Of a stretch of 64,000 nucleotides of DNA, positions 32,817 through 44,020 are shown one piece after another. A model generated the notes under the pieces. It was not told the origin of the DNA and ran no database searches. It was given only the letters and a program-made list of their open reading frames with translations. Location of the stretch: contig CAWJPJ010000007.1 in the NCBI GenBank assembly GCA_963844715.1, forward strand, positions 672,001 to 736,000, given 5' to 3'. The DNA comes from an uncultured Phycisphaerales bacterium. Its GTDB lineage: Bacteria > Planctomycetota > Phycisphaerae > Tepidisphaerales > Tepidisphaeraceae. Numbering within the stretch: position 1 is the first letter of the stretch; the number at the start of each line of letters is the position of its first letter. The position numbers were made by a program, and so were the translations under genes.

Positions 32817-34254
32817 TTATACTTTTAGCTCAATTTTCCGTCCAAGTTGGCCTGCATATCGCTCGCGAATCGGCTGGACGACCTCTAAAACGAACTGATC
32901 TACCTGTTCAGGTGCACGACCTATAAATCCTTTAGATTCGAGCAGCTTATTAAGGTTAATCTTGGCAAACTCCGGCTCCCCGGAAAGGCGCTCGAGGAGG
33001 TCATTTTTGCATCCCTCCTGTTTCACTTTCTGACCGGCTGCCTGGGAGTGGCGCCTTATAGTTTCGTGCACTTTCTGGCGATCCCCCCCCGCGCGAACCG
33101 CCGCCATTAAAATTTCTTCGGTTGCCATGAAAGGCAGTTCCGCCGCCACCGCTGCCTCGATGGTCTTGGGATAAACGACCAGTCCCCCGGCGATATTCTT
33201 TACCAGGTGCAGGCACCCGTCCACCGCCAAAAAGATCTCAGGGATGCTCAATCGCTTGTTCGACGAGTCATCCAGCGTGCGCTCGAACCACTGTTCGGCG
33301 GCCGTTTGCAGGGGAGACGAAACCAGGCTGATCGCAAACCGCGCCAGCCCCGTCGCGCGCTCGCAGCGCATTGGGTTCCGCTTATACGCCATCGCCGAAG
33401 AGCCCACCTGGTTTTCTTCGAACGGCTCCTCGATCTGTTTCATTCCGGCCAGCAGTCGAATGTCGTTGGCGAATTTGTGCACGCTCGCCGCCACGCCCGC
33501 CACGCTCGAGGCGATTTGCGCATCCACTTTTCGCGGATAAGTCTGGCCGGTGATGAGGAACGACTTGGCGAAACCGAACTTCCACGTCAGCATCTCGTCG
33601 AGTTTTTCTACCTTGGCGTGATCACCGTCAAAAAGCGACAGGAAGGACGCCTGCGTTCCGGTTGTTCCCTTTACGCCGCGGAATTTCAGGGTCTTGACGC
33701 GATATTCGAGTTCCTCGAGATCAATTGCCAAATCCTGGGCCCAGAGGGCGGCGCGTTTTCCTACGGTCGTCAATTGCGCGGGCTGATAATGCGTGTACCC
33801 GAGCGTGGGCAGATCCTTCCACTGGACGGCAATTCGCGCCAGCAAGTCGATGGTGTCGGCCAGTTGAACCGCCAGCATCTTCATCGCGTCGCGCATGATG
33901 ATCAGGTCGGCGTTGTCCACCACGAATTGGCTGGTCGCGCCGAGGTGGATAATTTCCGCCGCCGCGGGCGCTGCCGTGCCATAGGTGTGAACGTGCGCCA
34001 TGACATCGTGGCGAAGCTTGCGTTCCCATTCGGCGGCCGCGTCAAAGTCGATGTCATCCAGAGCGCAGTTCCATCTGCTCGAGCGCTTCGGGGGTGATGC
34101 GCGTAAGCCCCAACTCCCGCTGGCAGCGGGCCAGCTCAAGCCAGAGGCGGCGCCACAGCCCAAATTTGTGTCGTGCCGAAAAGAGCCGCAGCATCTCCGG
34201 GCTGGCGTTTCGAGAGGCCAGGGGCGATTCATAGGTTTCGTGGGACATAGACAC
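32817..34254 (-). CDS. purB: Adenylosuccinate lyase (frameshift near 34065)
   Basis: [35 protein letters not shown]. Confidence 0.95.
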
Positions 34255-34290
34255 TGGGATTGTACGGTTTATGGGCGGAGATTGCGATTT

Positions 34291-35376
34291 TCAGCGGGTC
34301 AGCAGGTGCAGCCGGAATATTTCCCCCGCGGCGGCGTCGTAACCGATCCACGCCGAGCCATCCGCGCTGGATATCATCGCGCTGATCTGCATTTGCCCTT
34401 GCGGAAATTGGGCCGGGCTCAACAGCGCGGATCGTCCGAATGGGAGTATCTTTTTGTCCCCGAACAACAGCAGCGCCGGATACTCGGCGAACGGAATCTC
34501 CTCCGGCACCTGCGAATCTTCCCGCGGCACGAACATGTCGCTTCCCGCGAAAAAGGCTCCGATCCGCCCCTGTTCGTCCATTGCCGGCGCCGACACATTG
34601 CTCGGCAGGCCCGTAAAATTATGCATGGGCTTCATAAACCCCACTGGGGACATATACCAAAGTATGCCGGACCAATAATCCAATATCAGCAAACCCCCGC
34701 CCGGGCCGGGCGCCAGCGCGTACGATTCACGTGTCAGCGACGGCGGGGCCAAATCCGAGACCGGCTTGTCGAACGGCTTGCGAAGCAGCGCCGACGGGTC
34801 CGAACTCTTTGGATCGATTTGAATAAAATATGATCCATCCTCGGAGTGGAGCCAGAGCCAGATTTGTCCGTCCGAAATTGCAAGTTGCCCGCGATAAATA
34901 CTGATCGCGTCGCCCATTCCGCAGAAATCTCCCAGACGCTGCTGATCGGCGAGGATTTCAATTTTCCCGGACGGCCCCATTCTGCCGAGGCAGGAGACAA
35001 AGGCTCGATGGGCGCTGCCGGCATAATAAAAGTAGATTGTGCTTCCATCGGCGGCCAGGTCCTGGATGTTGCCTCTTGCCCCCGGTTTTCCCATCGCCTT
35101 ACCGATCGCGGCACTGGTGAGCAAAGTCGGACGGGACGTTTCCATCGCGTCGATTTGATAGACGGTATCCAGGCCGTTGCTGGTCTCCTGGGTGAAAGCG
35201 GTCAGCGCATCGGACGCGGCCAGATGCGTCGGCAGTCCCGGCAGCGCGGCGGTGATGGGATCGATCTGGCAATAGTTGGGGTCTGCCGCCGCCGCTGCCG
35301 GTGCGGGGGGCGGCGCGGGCCGCGAACAGCCGCCCGATACCGTCAAGATCAATAGTGCGACCCAGGCAATGCGCAT
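34291..35376 (-). CDS. Hypothetical lipoprotein (possible beta-propeller)
   Basis: MRIAWVALLILTVSGGC lipobox and Pro/Ala linker. Confidence 0.65.
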   Translation of the reverse strand: MRIAWVALLILTVSGGCSRPAPPPAPAAAAADPNYCQIDPITAALPGLPTHLAASDALTAFTQETSNGLDTVYQIDAMETSRPTLLTSAAIGKAMGKPGARGNIQDLAADGSTIYFYYAGSAHRAFVSCLGRMGPSGKIEILADQQRLGDFCGMGDAISIYRGQLAISDGQIWLWLHSEDGSYFIQIDPKSSDPSALLRKPFDKPVSDLAPPSLTRESYALAPGPGGGLLILDYWSGILWYMSPVGFMKPMHNFTGLPSNVSAPAMDEQGRIGAFFAGSDMFVPREDSQVPEEIPFAEYPALLLFGDKKILPFGRSALLSPAQFPQGQMQISAMISSADGSAWIGYDAAAGEIFRLHLLTR

Positions 35377-35436
35377 GAATCGGACGCCAGCGGCGAGACT
35401 GGCGGATCCGATTTATAGTGTATCAATGCGCGGCGG

Positions 35437-35869
35437 TTATGCCGCCTCGGGCTTGAATTCGGTAATGTCCGGCTCGGGGACATTGGGCAGGTTCACCGTG
35501 CGGGCGGCCACCTTTCGGTAGCCCAATTGCTCGATCACTTCCAACACTTCCGTCCAGGAGGGATAGAGACGTTTATTGACTTTCTTGTAGGTTTCGATCG
35601 CCATCACGAATTCAAATTGGCGGCGCGGTCATTTCCCCCTCTTCGGCCGCGCGACGGTCGTCGGAGAGGCGCCGGCCGGGACCGCGACGGCGTTCCAGGC
35701 CCGTGTCGTTGCGCCGTTCCGCAACGCGCCGTTCCGGACCCGTGTACCCCGATTCGGCGCGGGTCTTAACCCGGCGATCCACCCCGCACCGGCGGTCCAC
35801 CACTGTTTTGCGGCGGTCTTCCCCGCTTTTGCGCGCTTCCTTAACCGGGCTGTCCGACGGCGTCGACAT
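35437..35869 (-). CDS. Conserved hypothetical protein with DRR/ERR repeats (frameshift near 35625)
   Basis: VDRRCGVDRR...GPERRVAERR...EEGEMT, then FEFVMAIETYKKVNKRLYPSWTEVLEVIEQLGYRK in the shifted frame. Confidence 0.7.
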
Positions 35870-36037
35870 GCGAAACCTCCGCATCCTGCATCGAATAGCA
35901 CGGGTCGTGACTTTAGGTCCTATTATTCCTCGGGACCCGGCCTGAAGGTCCGATTCTTGAATTTCGCCTCGATATCGAGCCGAAATTCATCCATGGATGG
36001 GTTTCTGTTATAAACTTCGCGTAGTTCCAGTACTTCC

Positions 36038-36811
36038 ATGAAGAAAATCGGCATTCTTGTCGTCGCCTATAACGCCCAGAGCACCCTCCGCAGCGTGCTC
36101 CAGCGGATTCCCGCCCGAGGTGAGCGGCAAGATCGACGAAATCTTCGTCTTCGACGACGCCAGCCAGGACCAGACCCACCTGGTCGGCATGCAGTGCAGT
36201 TCAGGAACTTCACGAGGGGAAACTCAACATCTACCGCAATCCCGTGAACCTGATGTACGGCGGCAACCAGAGGCGGGGATATCAATACGCGATGGAAAAA
36301 GGCCTGGACTATCGTCGTCCTTTTGCACGGCGACGGGCAATATGCCCCGGAAGTCATGCAGGAATTGCTCACGCCGCTGGAGCAGGGCCAGGCCGACATG
36401 GTGATGGGCTCCCGCATGCTCGTCAAAGGCGCGGCGCGCAAGGGGAACATGCCCCTTTACAAATTCTGGGGAAACCGCATCCTGACCACCATGGAAAATC
36501 TGCTCATCGGCACGCATCTGAGCGAGTTCCATTCCGGATATCGCGCGTATTCCGTGGCGGCCTTGCGCACCATCCCGCTTGATAAAATGACCAGCAACTG
36601 GCATTTCGACACGCAGATCATTCTGGAATTCCTGAAGCGCGGCTATCGCGTCAAGGAAGTTCCGATCCCCACTTATTACGGCGACGAGATCTGCCACGTG
36701 AACGGCATTCTCTACGCGTGGAACTGCGTGCGCGAGGCTCTAGGATACGCTCTTCGCCACCGCTGGAGGCCGCATGCCGCATTACCGGCTGCACCGCGAC
36801 CCCTGGAGTAG
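36038..36811 (+). CDS. Glycosyltransferase family 2 (DPM synthase-like), several frameshifts
   Basis: VVAYNA, FDDASQD, YGGNQ, HGDGQY, EFHSGYRAY, EVPIPTYYGDE. Confidence 0.85.
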
Positions 36812-37466
36812 TCATCAGCAAATCGCAAAGCGGCTGCGCAAAATCGCGCGGAATCCCGTACTGGACGTGGGCGCCGCCCAGGGCATGCTCGGCGAATTGC
36901 TGACCGGGAGCGGCGTCGTCATGGACGCCGTCGAACTCAATCCCGAATGGGCCGCCGCCTGCAAACCGCACTATCGCCACGTCATCACCGGCGACATCGA
37001 AACCGTTGACGTCACGGCCGAGCAGTATCGAGTCGTCGTTTGCGCCGACGTCCTGGAACACACAACCGACCCCCTGGCCGTTTTGGGAAAGTTGCGAAGA
37101 GTCGCCTCCCCCGACGCGGTCTATCTGATTTCCCTGCCGAATGTATCGCACCTGGCGGTTCGATTGATGCTTCTGGCCGGGAATTTTCCGCGCATGGAGC
37201 GCGGCGTGCTCGATAAAACGCATCTCCACTTTTACACGCGCGAAACGGCGCGGCGAATGCTCGAACATGCCGGCCTGCGGATTGTGCAGATCAGCACCAC
37301 GGGCGTCCCGCTGGAGGAGATTTGGCCCGGCGGCGGGGGAGGGATGCTGTACAACGCCGCGATGAAGACTCAATATGCCGCGGTGAGAATTTTCCCGCGA
37401 ATGCTGGCGATGCAGTTTATTTTTGAGGCGGTCTCGAACGATTCCCCCCGGGCATCTTCGAAATGA
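36774..37466 (+). CDS. Class I SAM-dependent methyltransferase
   Basis: VLDVGAAQG, CADVLEH, ISLPN, LDKTHLHFYT. Confidence 0.88.
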   Translation: MPHYRLHRDPWSSHQQIAKRLRKIARNPVLDVGAAQGMLGELLTGSGVVMDAVELNPEWAAACKPHYRHVITGDIETVDVTAEQYRVVVCADVLEHTTDPLAVLGKLRRVASPDAVYLISLPNVSHLAVRLMLLAGNFPRMERGVLDKTHLHFYTRETARRMLEHAGLRIVQISTTGVPLEEIWPGGGGGMLYNAAMKTQYAAVRIFPRMLAMQFIFEAVSNDSPRASSK

Positions 37467-38882
37467 GCAATTCACCGGTCTTCGATTCGCCGCGGCGGGA
37501 TTACCAGGCCAGCGCCCTGATGTGGACGCTGTTTGCGTTTTGCATGGGCTGCGCCATCAACGCGGCGGACGGAAGCTACAGCCGGAGCGCGCTGATCTGG
37601 CTCACGATCGCGGCGGCCGTCTCTCTGGCGGCGATCTGCCTTCGTCCGGGCCCGGACATGGAGGCCTCCTCTGGAAAAGTTCTCTGGCTCGTTTTGTTCA
37701 TCGGGATCGCCTTCCAGGTCGGACAGCTGCTTTTCCACGAACGGCCGGGCGACTCGACCATTCTGACCGGCCTCCTCTTCATCGGCGCCCTCGGCGGCTT
37801 TCAGGCGATCCTCCCCTCGCGCCTGCGCTATCCGATTCTAGTGATCATGCTCGTCGCCTTTTGCCTGATCGCGGTCGCGCAATTTCGCTCGCGCTACCCA
37901 TGGCCGGGCATCGACGTCTTCTATTTTCAGCAGCAGAGTTCCGAGGTGCTCGTTCACGGGCACAATCTCGAACGTCTCCCGGCGATCGTCCACGGCCGAA
38001 ACCCCTACGCCATCCGGTTTCACAATGTCTACGATCCCCAGACGCCGTACTACGGACCGGGCGTCGTCGACAAAAATGATTTTCTTACCTACGGTTTTCC
38101 TTATCCCCCGCTGACTTTGCTGATGGATATCCCGGGGTATCTGCTGGGAGGCGAAATTCGCTTTTCGCTGGTTGGATCGATGGCCCTGGCCGCCCTGCTG
38201 ATGGCGACGGCGCGGCCGGGCAGGATTGCCGTACTGGCGGCCACGCTCTTCCTGCTGACGCCCCGCTCGCTTTATGTCGTGGACCTGGCGTGGACTGAAC
38301 CGATGCTGGCGCTGACCTTTTCGCTGGCGATGTTTTGCGCCTGCCGGTGCCGGAAAATGCTTCCCTATGCGCTGGGAGTTTATTTTGCGACCAAGCAGTA
38401 CACGGTTCTTTCGCTTCCCGCGCTGCTTCTGCTCGTGGATGGGCCGGATCGATGGGCGCAGCTTCGCGGCTTGGTTTTGCGCGCGGGGCGGTCGTGGCCG
38501 TGATTACCGTGCCATTTTTTCTGTGGAACCCGCGGGAATTTTTCCGCGCCGTCGCTTATTGGCAGCTGATTCAGCCGTTCCGGGTCGACGCCCTGAGTTA
38601 TCTGACTTTCATCTACAACCGCAACGGACACCACGTTCCGCCGCTGCTGACCCCTTTCCTGGCGATCATTCCCGCTGCCGGATTAGCTGTCTGGCGGGCG
38701 GCGCGGACCCCGCCGGGTTTGCCGCCGCGGTCACGCTGATCAATCTCGCCTTTTTCGCCTTCAACAAGCAGGCTTTCTGCAACTACTACTACTTCGTGAT
38801 GACGACCAGTTGCTGGGTTGTCGCCGCCACTCCGGCCCGGGAATCTTCGCCCAAACCCCTTCCGGTTCAGGTTTTGGCGTGA
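37463..38882 (+). CDS. GT-C-like multi-TM protein (frameshifts near 38490 and 38710)
   Basis: IDVFYFQQ, GRNPY, GFPYPP, ATKQY, AFNKQAFCNYYY. Confidence 0.7.
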
Positions 38883-38910
38883 ATTTGTCCGATAAACCGT
38901 TATCGGACCC

Positions 38911-41548
38911 ATGTGCGCCCGCATTGCGTTCATTCTCGCATCCATATTCTGCGTGACGGCGCTGGCCGGGCCCGCGGATATCAGCCGCATTCTCAAATCC
39001 ATCACCTTTGAAGAGCGCCGGCTGGGAAACCGGGAAGACCTTCCGATGCATTGGAACAAGCTCGAGGGGCCGGGTCTGCCTCATTACGTCAACGGCATCC
39101 TGGCCGATGACCGGGCCCATACCGGGAACTACAGCTTCCGTTTCGATCTCAACGGCGGCTCGCTTATCTACCAATACGATCCGAGCGAAATCCCGGTGCA
39201 GGCGGGCGCCCACTATCGCGTCGAATGCTATGTGCAAACCACCGTCCTTCCGCATGCGCAGGCGCGCATGACGGCGTTCTTCACCGATATGGACGGCAAT
39301 CCCATCCCGGACACGACCGTCCGATCCGATCTCTATGCCGCGACGCGCGACGATGACGATTGGCACAAACTCACCATCGAATTGACCGCGGGCAGCAGGA
39401 GTGCGCCTTCCTGGCGGTCCGGCTCGAATTGCTCCAGCCGAGTCTCTACGCCCCCAATACCCTGGGCGACCGCATGCTCTTCCCGCAGGACATTCGCGGC
39501 TCGGCCTGGTTTGACGACGTCACGATCTCCCAGGTTCCGCAGCTCACGCTCACTACCGGACATGCCGGAAATATTTTCAAATTAAGCGATCCGCTTCAGC
39601 TTTCGGTGCTTGTGAACGATCGCTTCACCGACGACCTGGCGGCCCAGTTGCTCGTCAAGGACGCCAACGGCGCGACCGTCTATCAGCGCAGCGGGACCCT
39701 GGACATGAGCGGCGCGCAGGATCTCGGCCCGGGCGCAAGCAAATGTCGATCACGTTGCCCAATCTTCCGCCCGGCTGGTACGACGCGGCCCTGGTTATGA
39801 CCAGCCACGACCAATTTGTGGGACAGCAGGACCTGAACCTCGTTCGCCTGCCCGACGATCAAATCGCGACCGAGCCCGACCCGCGTTTTGGCGTCATCGC
39901 CACCGATCTTCCTTACGACGGGTGGGCGGAGCTGCCTCAAATCCTTCCCGTCATGGCGGTGGGGCGGGTAAAGCTGTCCGTGTGGAACAAGGACGGGGAC
40001 ATCCAGCACATCGACGCGGCCGCGTTCGATACGCTGCTTCAGCAATTGGAGGATTTGGGAATCACGCCGACGGCGTGCCTTACCGCCATTCCGCCCTCCG
40101 TGGCCGAGAAAATCGGAGGCAGCGACTGGACGCAGCTTCTGAAGGTTCCTCCGGAAACCTGGCGGCCGGACCTGGCGTATCTTATCTCGCGCCACGCCAA
40201 CCATCTCGACCGCTGGCAGATCGGCGACGACGCCGATGCCGCGCTCTTCGTCCAAAACCCCCGGATGCGTGATGTGTACGATCTGCTCTACAAGGAATTT
40301 GCCGCCCTCATGGACCAGCCCGATCTGGCGATGCCCTGGCCCGCCTGGTACGACCTCACCGGGCATCTTCCGGCCACCGTCGCGCTTTCGGTTCCATGCG
40401 AAGTCCTCCCTTCGCAACTTCCGCTCTATATGCAGGAATTTCGGGGTCAGGAGGGGCATCAGCTGTCGCTAAGCCTGCAACTTCTGGACGAACGATACGG
40501 GCGCGACGAACAGATTCGCGATCTGGCCCAGCGCGTCATTTACGCCATCGCCGGCGGCGCCAACCGGATCGATTTCCCGCTGCCTTTCACCTTCCGCCGC
40601 GATGGGAAACAGGTGTCCGACCAACCGCAGGAAATGGTCCTGATCATCCGGACTCTGGTTTCGCAATTGTCGGGCGCGATTTTCCGCGGCAAAGTCCCCA
40701 TCGCGCCAAATGTCCAAGCCTTCCTCTTCGATCGAAATGGCCAGGGCATCATGGTCCTTTGGAACCGCGGCGATTCGACGACTTCCAAGGAACTGGCCCT
40801 CAACCTCGGCGACCATCCCATGCGCGTTGATCTGTGGGGCAACGTCACGCCTCTCCTCCAGGCGGAGGGAGCCAAGGCTGACACGGTGAGCCTCGACCTA
40901 GGTCCGATGCCGATTTTCCTGGTTGATATCGACGGGGCCACCGCCCAGCTTCGCGCCAGCGTCGGCTTCGACGAGCCGCTTCTCGAATCCAGCTTCCAGG
41001 CCCACACGCGCAAAATTCATTTCGTGAATCCCGGGACGACCACCATCGGCGGCGAACTGAAACTCACCGGCCCCGCCGGCTGGACCATCACGCCCTCGGT
41101 GTTCAACTTCTCGCTCGACCCAGGCGAAGAATTCGACCGCGAAGTCAGCATCGAATTCCCCTACAACAGTTTCGCCGGCTCCAAAACCGTGACCGCCGAG
41201 TTCCAAATCCAGGCGGAGCGGAACACAACCTTCTCCGTCCCCATCACGCTTAGCTTGGGCCTAAGCGACGTCGGCATGCAAACCCTCGCGCTCCGGGACA
41301 AATCCGATCTGGTCGTCCAGCAGATGATCACCAACTACGGGAACAAGCCGATCGACTACACGGCCTTCGCCGTCTACCCCGGCCAGGCCCGCCAGGAACG
41401 ACTTGTCATCAAACTCGGCCCGGGGCGAACGACGATCAAGCTCTACCGGTTCACGAACGTGCACTTCATCCAAAACGCGAAGGTGAGGAGCGGCCTTCGC
41501 GAAGTCGAAGGCACGCGGATATTGAATGATGAGGTACCGGTGCAGTGA
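38911..41548 (+). CDS. Large secreted multidomain protein (CBM-like, degenerate GH-like barrel, NEW3-like); frameshifts near 39400 and 39740
   Basis: Signal peptide; AWFDDVTISQVP; DPRFGV; DRWQIGDD; LTGPAGWTITP. Confidence 0.65.
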
Positions 41549-41554
41549 CGGTTG

Positions 41555-41662
41555 AATGACGAATGATAAATGACGAATGACGAATCAATGCCCGAATGAC
41601 CCAATGAGACCACTCGGTCATTCGGACATTGATTCGTCATTCGTCATTTATCATTCGTCATT
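41555..41662. repeat. 47-bp inverted repeat built from GAATGAC heptamers between convergent genes
   Basis: Arms 41555-41601 and 41616-41662, one mismatch, 14-nt spacer. Confidence 0.92.
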
Positions 41663-42745
41663 TCATAGGACTTCCGTCGCCCGGGGGTAACTCCCCAGCA
41701 CCGTCAGTTGCAAACAGTGCTTTCTTGCCTCCTCGATGGCCTTTTTCATCTGGGCGTCTTCGGCGTGACCGGCGGCGTCGATGAAGAAATAGTATTCCCA
41801 GTTTACCTTTTTGCTGGGGCGTTTCTCGATATCCGTCAGGTTGATCCCGTTTTCCTTGAAGACATCCAGAACTTCCGCCAGGGCGCCGGGCTTGTGCGCT
41901 GTCGTGAACATGACCGCCGTTTTATCCGCGCCGCTTCGCCGGGCTCCCTCGCGGCCGATGACGAAGAATCGGGTCACGTTGTCGGGATTGTCCTCGATGT
42001 TCTCGAACAGGGTGTGCAGTTCGTATAGTTCGCCTGCCATCGCGCTTCCGATCGCCGCGGCGCCCGGCTGCTGGCCGGCGAGTTCCGCGGCGCGGCTTGT
42101 GCTCGCCGCCGGCTGGACGTCGCGGTCCTTCGCCGTGGTCGCCAGCCAATTCCGGCACTGGCTGAAAACCTCCGGTTTGCTGTAAATCGTCTTCACCTGC
42201 TCCCAGGGCGATTTCGACATCAAATTGTGATGCACGCTGGTCAGCACCTCGGCACAAATCTTCGCCGAGCTATGCAGGAACGCGTCCAGGGTATCGATCA
42301 CGCCGCCGTGCAGGCTGTTCTCGACGGGGACCAGCCCGTAGTCGATATGCCCACGCACGACTTCCTCGAAGACGCCGGAAATGTCCGACAGGGCGACGCA
42401 CTCGACGCTGCTTCCGAACTTCGCCACGGCCGCGGCGTGGCTGAACGACCCCTCCGGGCCCAAAAATCCGATCCGCAGCGGCTTCTCGAGCGCGAAACTC
42501 CCGCTCATCAGTTCCCGATAGACCGCCTCCAGGCACCGGTTCGGCAGGGGCCCCAAATTCAGCTTGCGGACCTTATCCAGAACCGCTTTTTCGCGATCCG
42601 GCGCATAAATCGGATCGCCGGTCGATTTCTTGATCTTCCCCACCTCGACGACCACTCGCGCACGGGCGTTGAGCAACTCGACGATCTGAGCGTCGAGCTG
42701 ATCGATCTGTTCCCGCAGTTTTTCCAGGGGATCCTGCTGCGCCAT
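41663..42745 (-). CDS. pheA: Chorismate mutase / prephenate dehydratase
   Basis: LREQIDQLD, FLGPEGSFSH, PVENS, NVTRFFVIG, C-terminal ACT domain. Confidence 0.95.
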   Translation of the reverse strand: MAQQDPLEKLREQIDQLDAQIVELLNARARVVVEVGKIKKSTGDPIYAPDREKAVLDKVRKLNLGPLPNRCLEAVYRELMSGSFALEKPLRIGFLGPEGSFSHAAAVAKFGSSVECVALSDISGVFEEVVRGHIDYGLVPVENSLHGGVIDTLDAFLHSSAKICAEVLTSVHHNLMSKSPWEQVKTIYSKPEVFSQCRNWLATTAKDRDVQPAASTSRAAELAGQQPGAAAIGSAMAGELYELHTLFENIEDNPDNVTRFFVIGREGARRSGADKTAVMFTTAHKPGALAEVLDVFKENGINLTDIEKRPSKKVNWEYYFFIDAAGHAEDAQMKKAIEEARKHCLQLTVLGSYPRATEVL

Positions 42746-42846
42746 GGCGATGTTTGTAGCCGCCGGGCCGCCGAGCGTCAAAATAAGCGAAATTTTGGCG
42801 ATTTCCCGCAAGTGGCGGGTATCATTTTGCCCAGAAAGGATCATCC

Positions 42847-43227
42847 ATGATGCGATGGGCGATTTTGTGTTCAATCGTGCTGGGGGTCTGCTCTATCCTT
42901 TCCGCTGCCGGGCCGTCGCCCTATGTTTTAGACGCGCAGGCGACATCTCGCCCGGACGGTAAGATCTCCGTCGTCGCGGTCATTCGCTCCACGTCGCCCG
43001 AGGGGCGCATCGTTCGTGCCCCTCACGTCGAAATCTGGAAGGGCCAGGGCGCTACGATGGAGCAGACCACTTCAACCACTCAGCCTAGCCCCGCGATTCT
43101 CTCCTCCACGAAAATCGAGGTCATCAGCATGACCGGTGAAGACAATGTCGTCGTAATCGCCAGGATCGCAAAAGATGGCCAAACGATCTGGGCCGACGCC
43201 CAAAAGGTCCCTATTTCCGCGCGGTAG
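42847..43227 (+). CDS. Hypothetical secreted protein
   Basis: Signal-peptide-like N-terminus. Confidence 0.55.
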   Translation: MMRWAILCSIVLGVCSILSAAGPSPYVLDAQATSRPDGKISVVAVIRSTSPEGRIVRAPHVEIWKGQGATMEQTTSTTQPSPAILSSTKIEVISMTGEDNVVVIARIAKDGQTIWADAQKVPISAR

Positions 43228-43254
43228 CCAACTCGCGCGGTGGGGCGGGAAACG

Positions 43255-43934
43255 ATGGGTCAATGGCGAGAGCATCTTCGATCCGCGGTTCTTTTCACAG
43301 GCTCATTTCTAATTCTCGCGCTGGGTCTTTACGCGCTGGTCGAGAGATCGATGTCCAGCGATTTGCTTACCGATTCGCTTTTCGCTCTAGTCCTGTCCGT
43401 TCCGGCGGCCGTTATCGCTTTCCCGATTTTGCTCGGGATTGCTATCTTGCTCAGGGGGCTGCTGGAGAAACTGAGTAATCGGCCTCTCCCTCGCCGACTA
43501 TATTTCCCGTGGTCCGTGCCGATTCTATTCGCGTTTGGATGTCTTCTGTGGACCTATGCCGTAGCCCAGTCCGCGGCACGGTATTTCGAGATCGCATGAA
43601 AATGGAACCGCCGGCAAGCATCTCAAACCTGCAAGTATGGTGGGCCACTTTGCCCGGCGATTCGCTCTTTGGCTTTCGATTTCAGATTAAACCCGGAGAT
43701 TTCGTTAAACTGCTCGGCGGGCGCCATTTTGACGTCGTTCCCCACGAACTCATCCCTAGCGAGGTCGAATACAAAGTTCAGAATCTAAGCAGTCTCGGGA
43801 TGCCGCAACCTCTCGCGCCGCTGACGGTCGCGTTCCAGTATTCCGTAGACGGCCCACCCCCCGGACTTCCACACATCGTCGAAATCTTCGCAAACGACGA
43901 TCGCAGCCAGATTGTCGTCTACGGGGATAATTGA
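43255..43934 (+). CDS. Hypothetical membrane protein (probable frameshift near 43570-43595)
   Basis: Three-TM ORF overlapped by a soluble ORF. Confidence 0.45.
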
Positions 43935-44020
43935 TTCGCCGGCTGTTGCGGCAACCCGGCCTTAATCATCTCCAAACATTTCTCCGCAAGAATTCCCGCC
44001 CCTTTCCCAAAGGAGAATGA

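Noticed and set aside
41555..41662. CRISPR array
   Set aside because: Tandem 7-mers forming an inverted repeat, with no unique spacers and no cas genes
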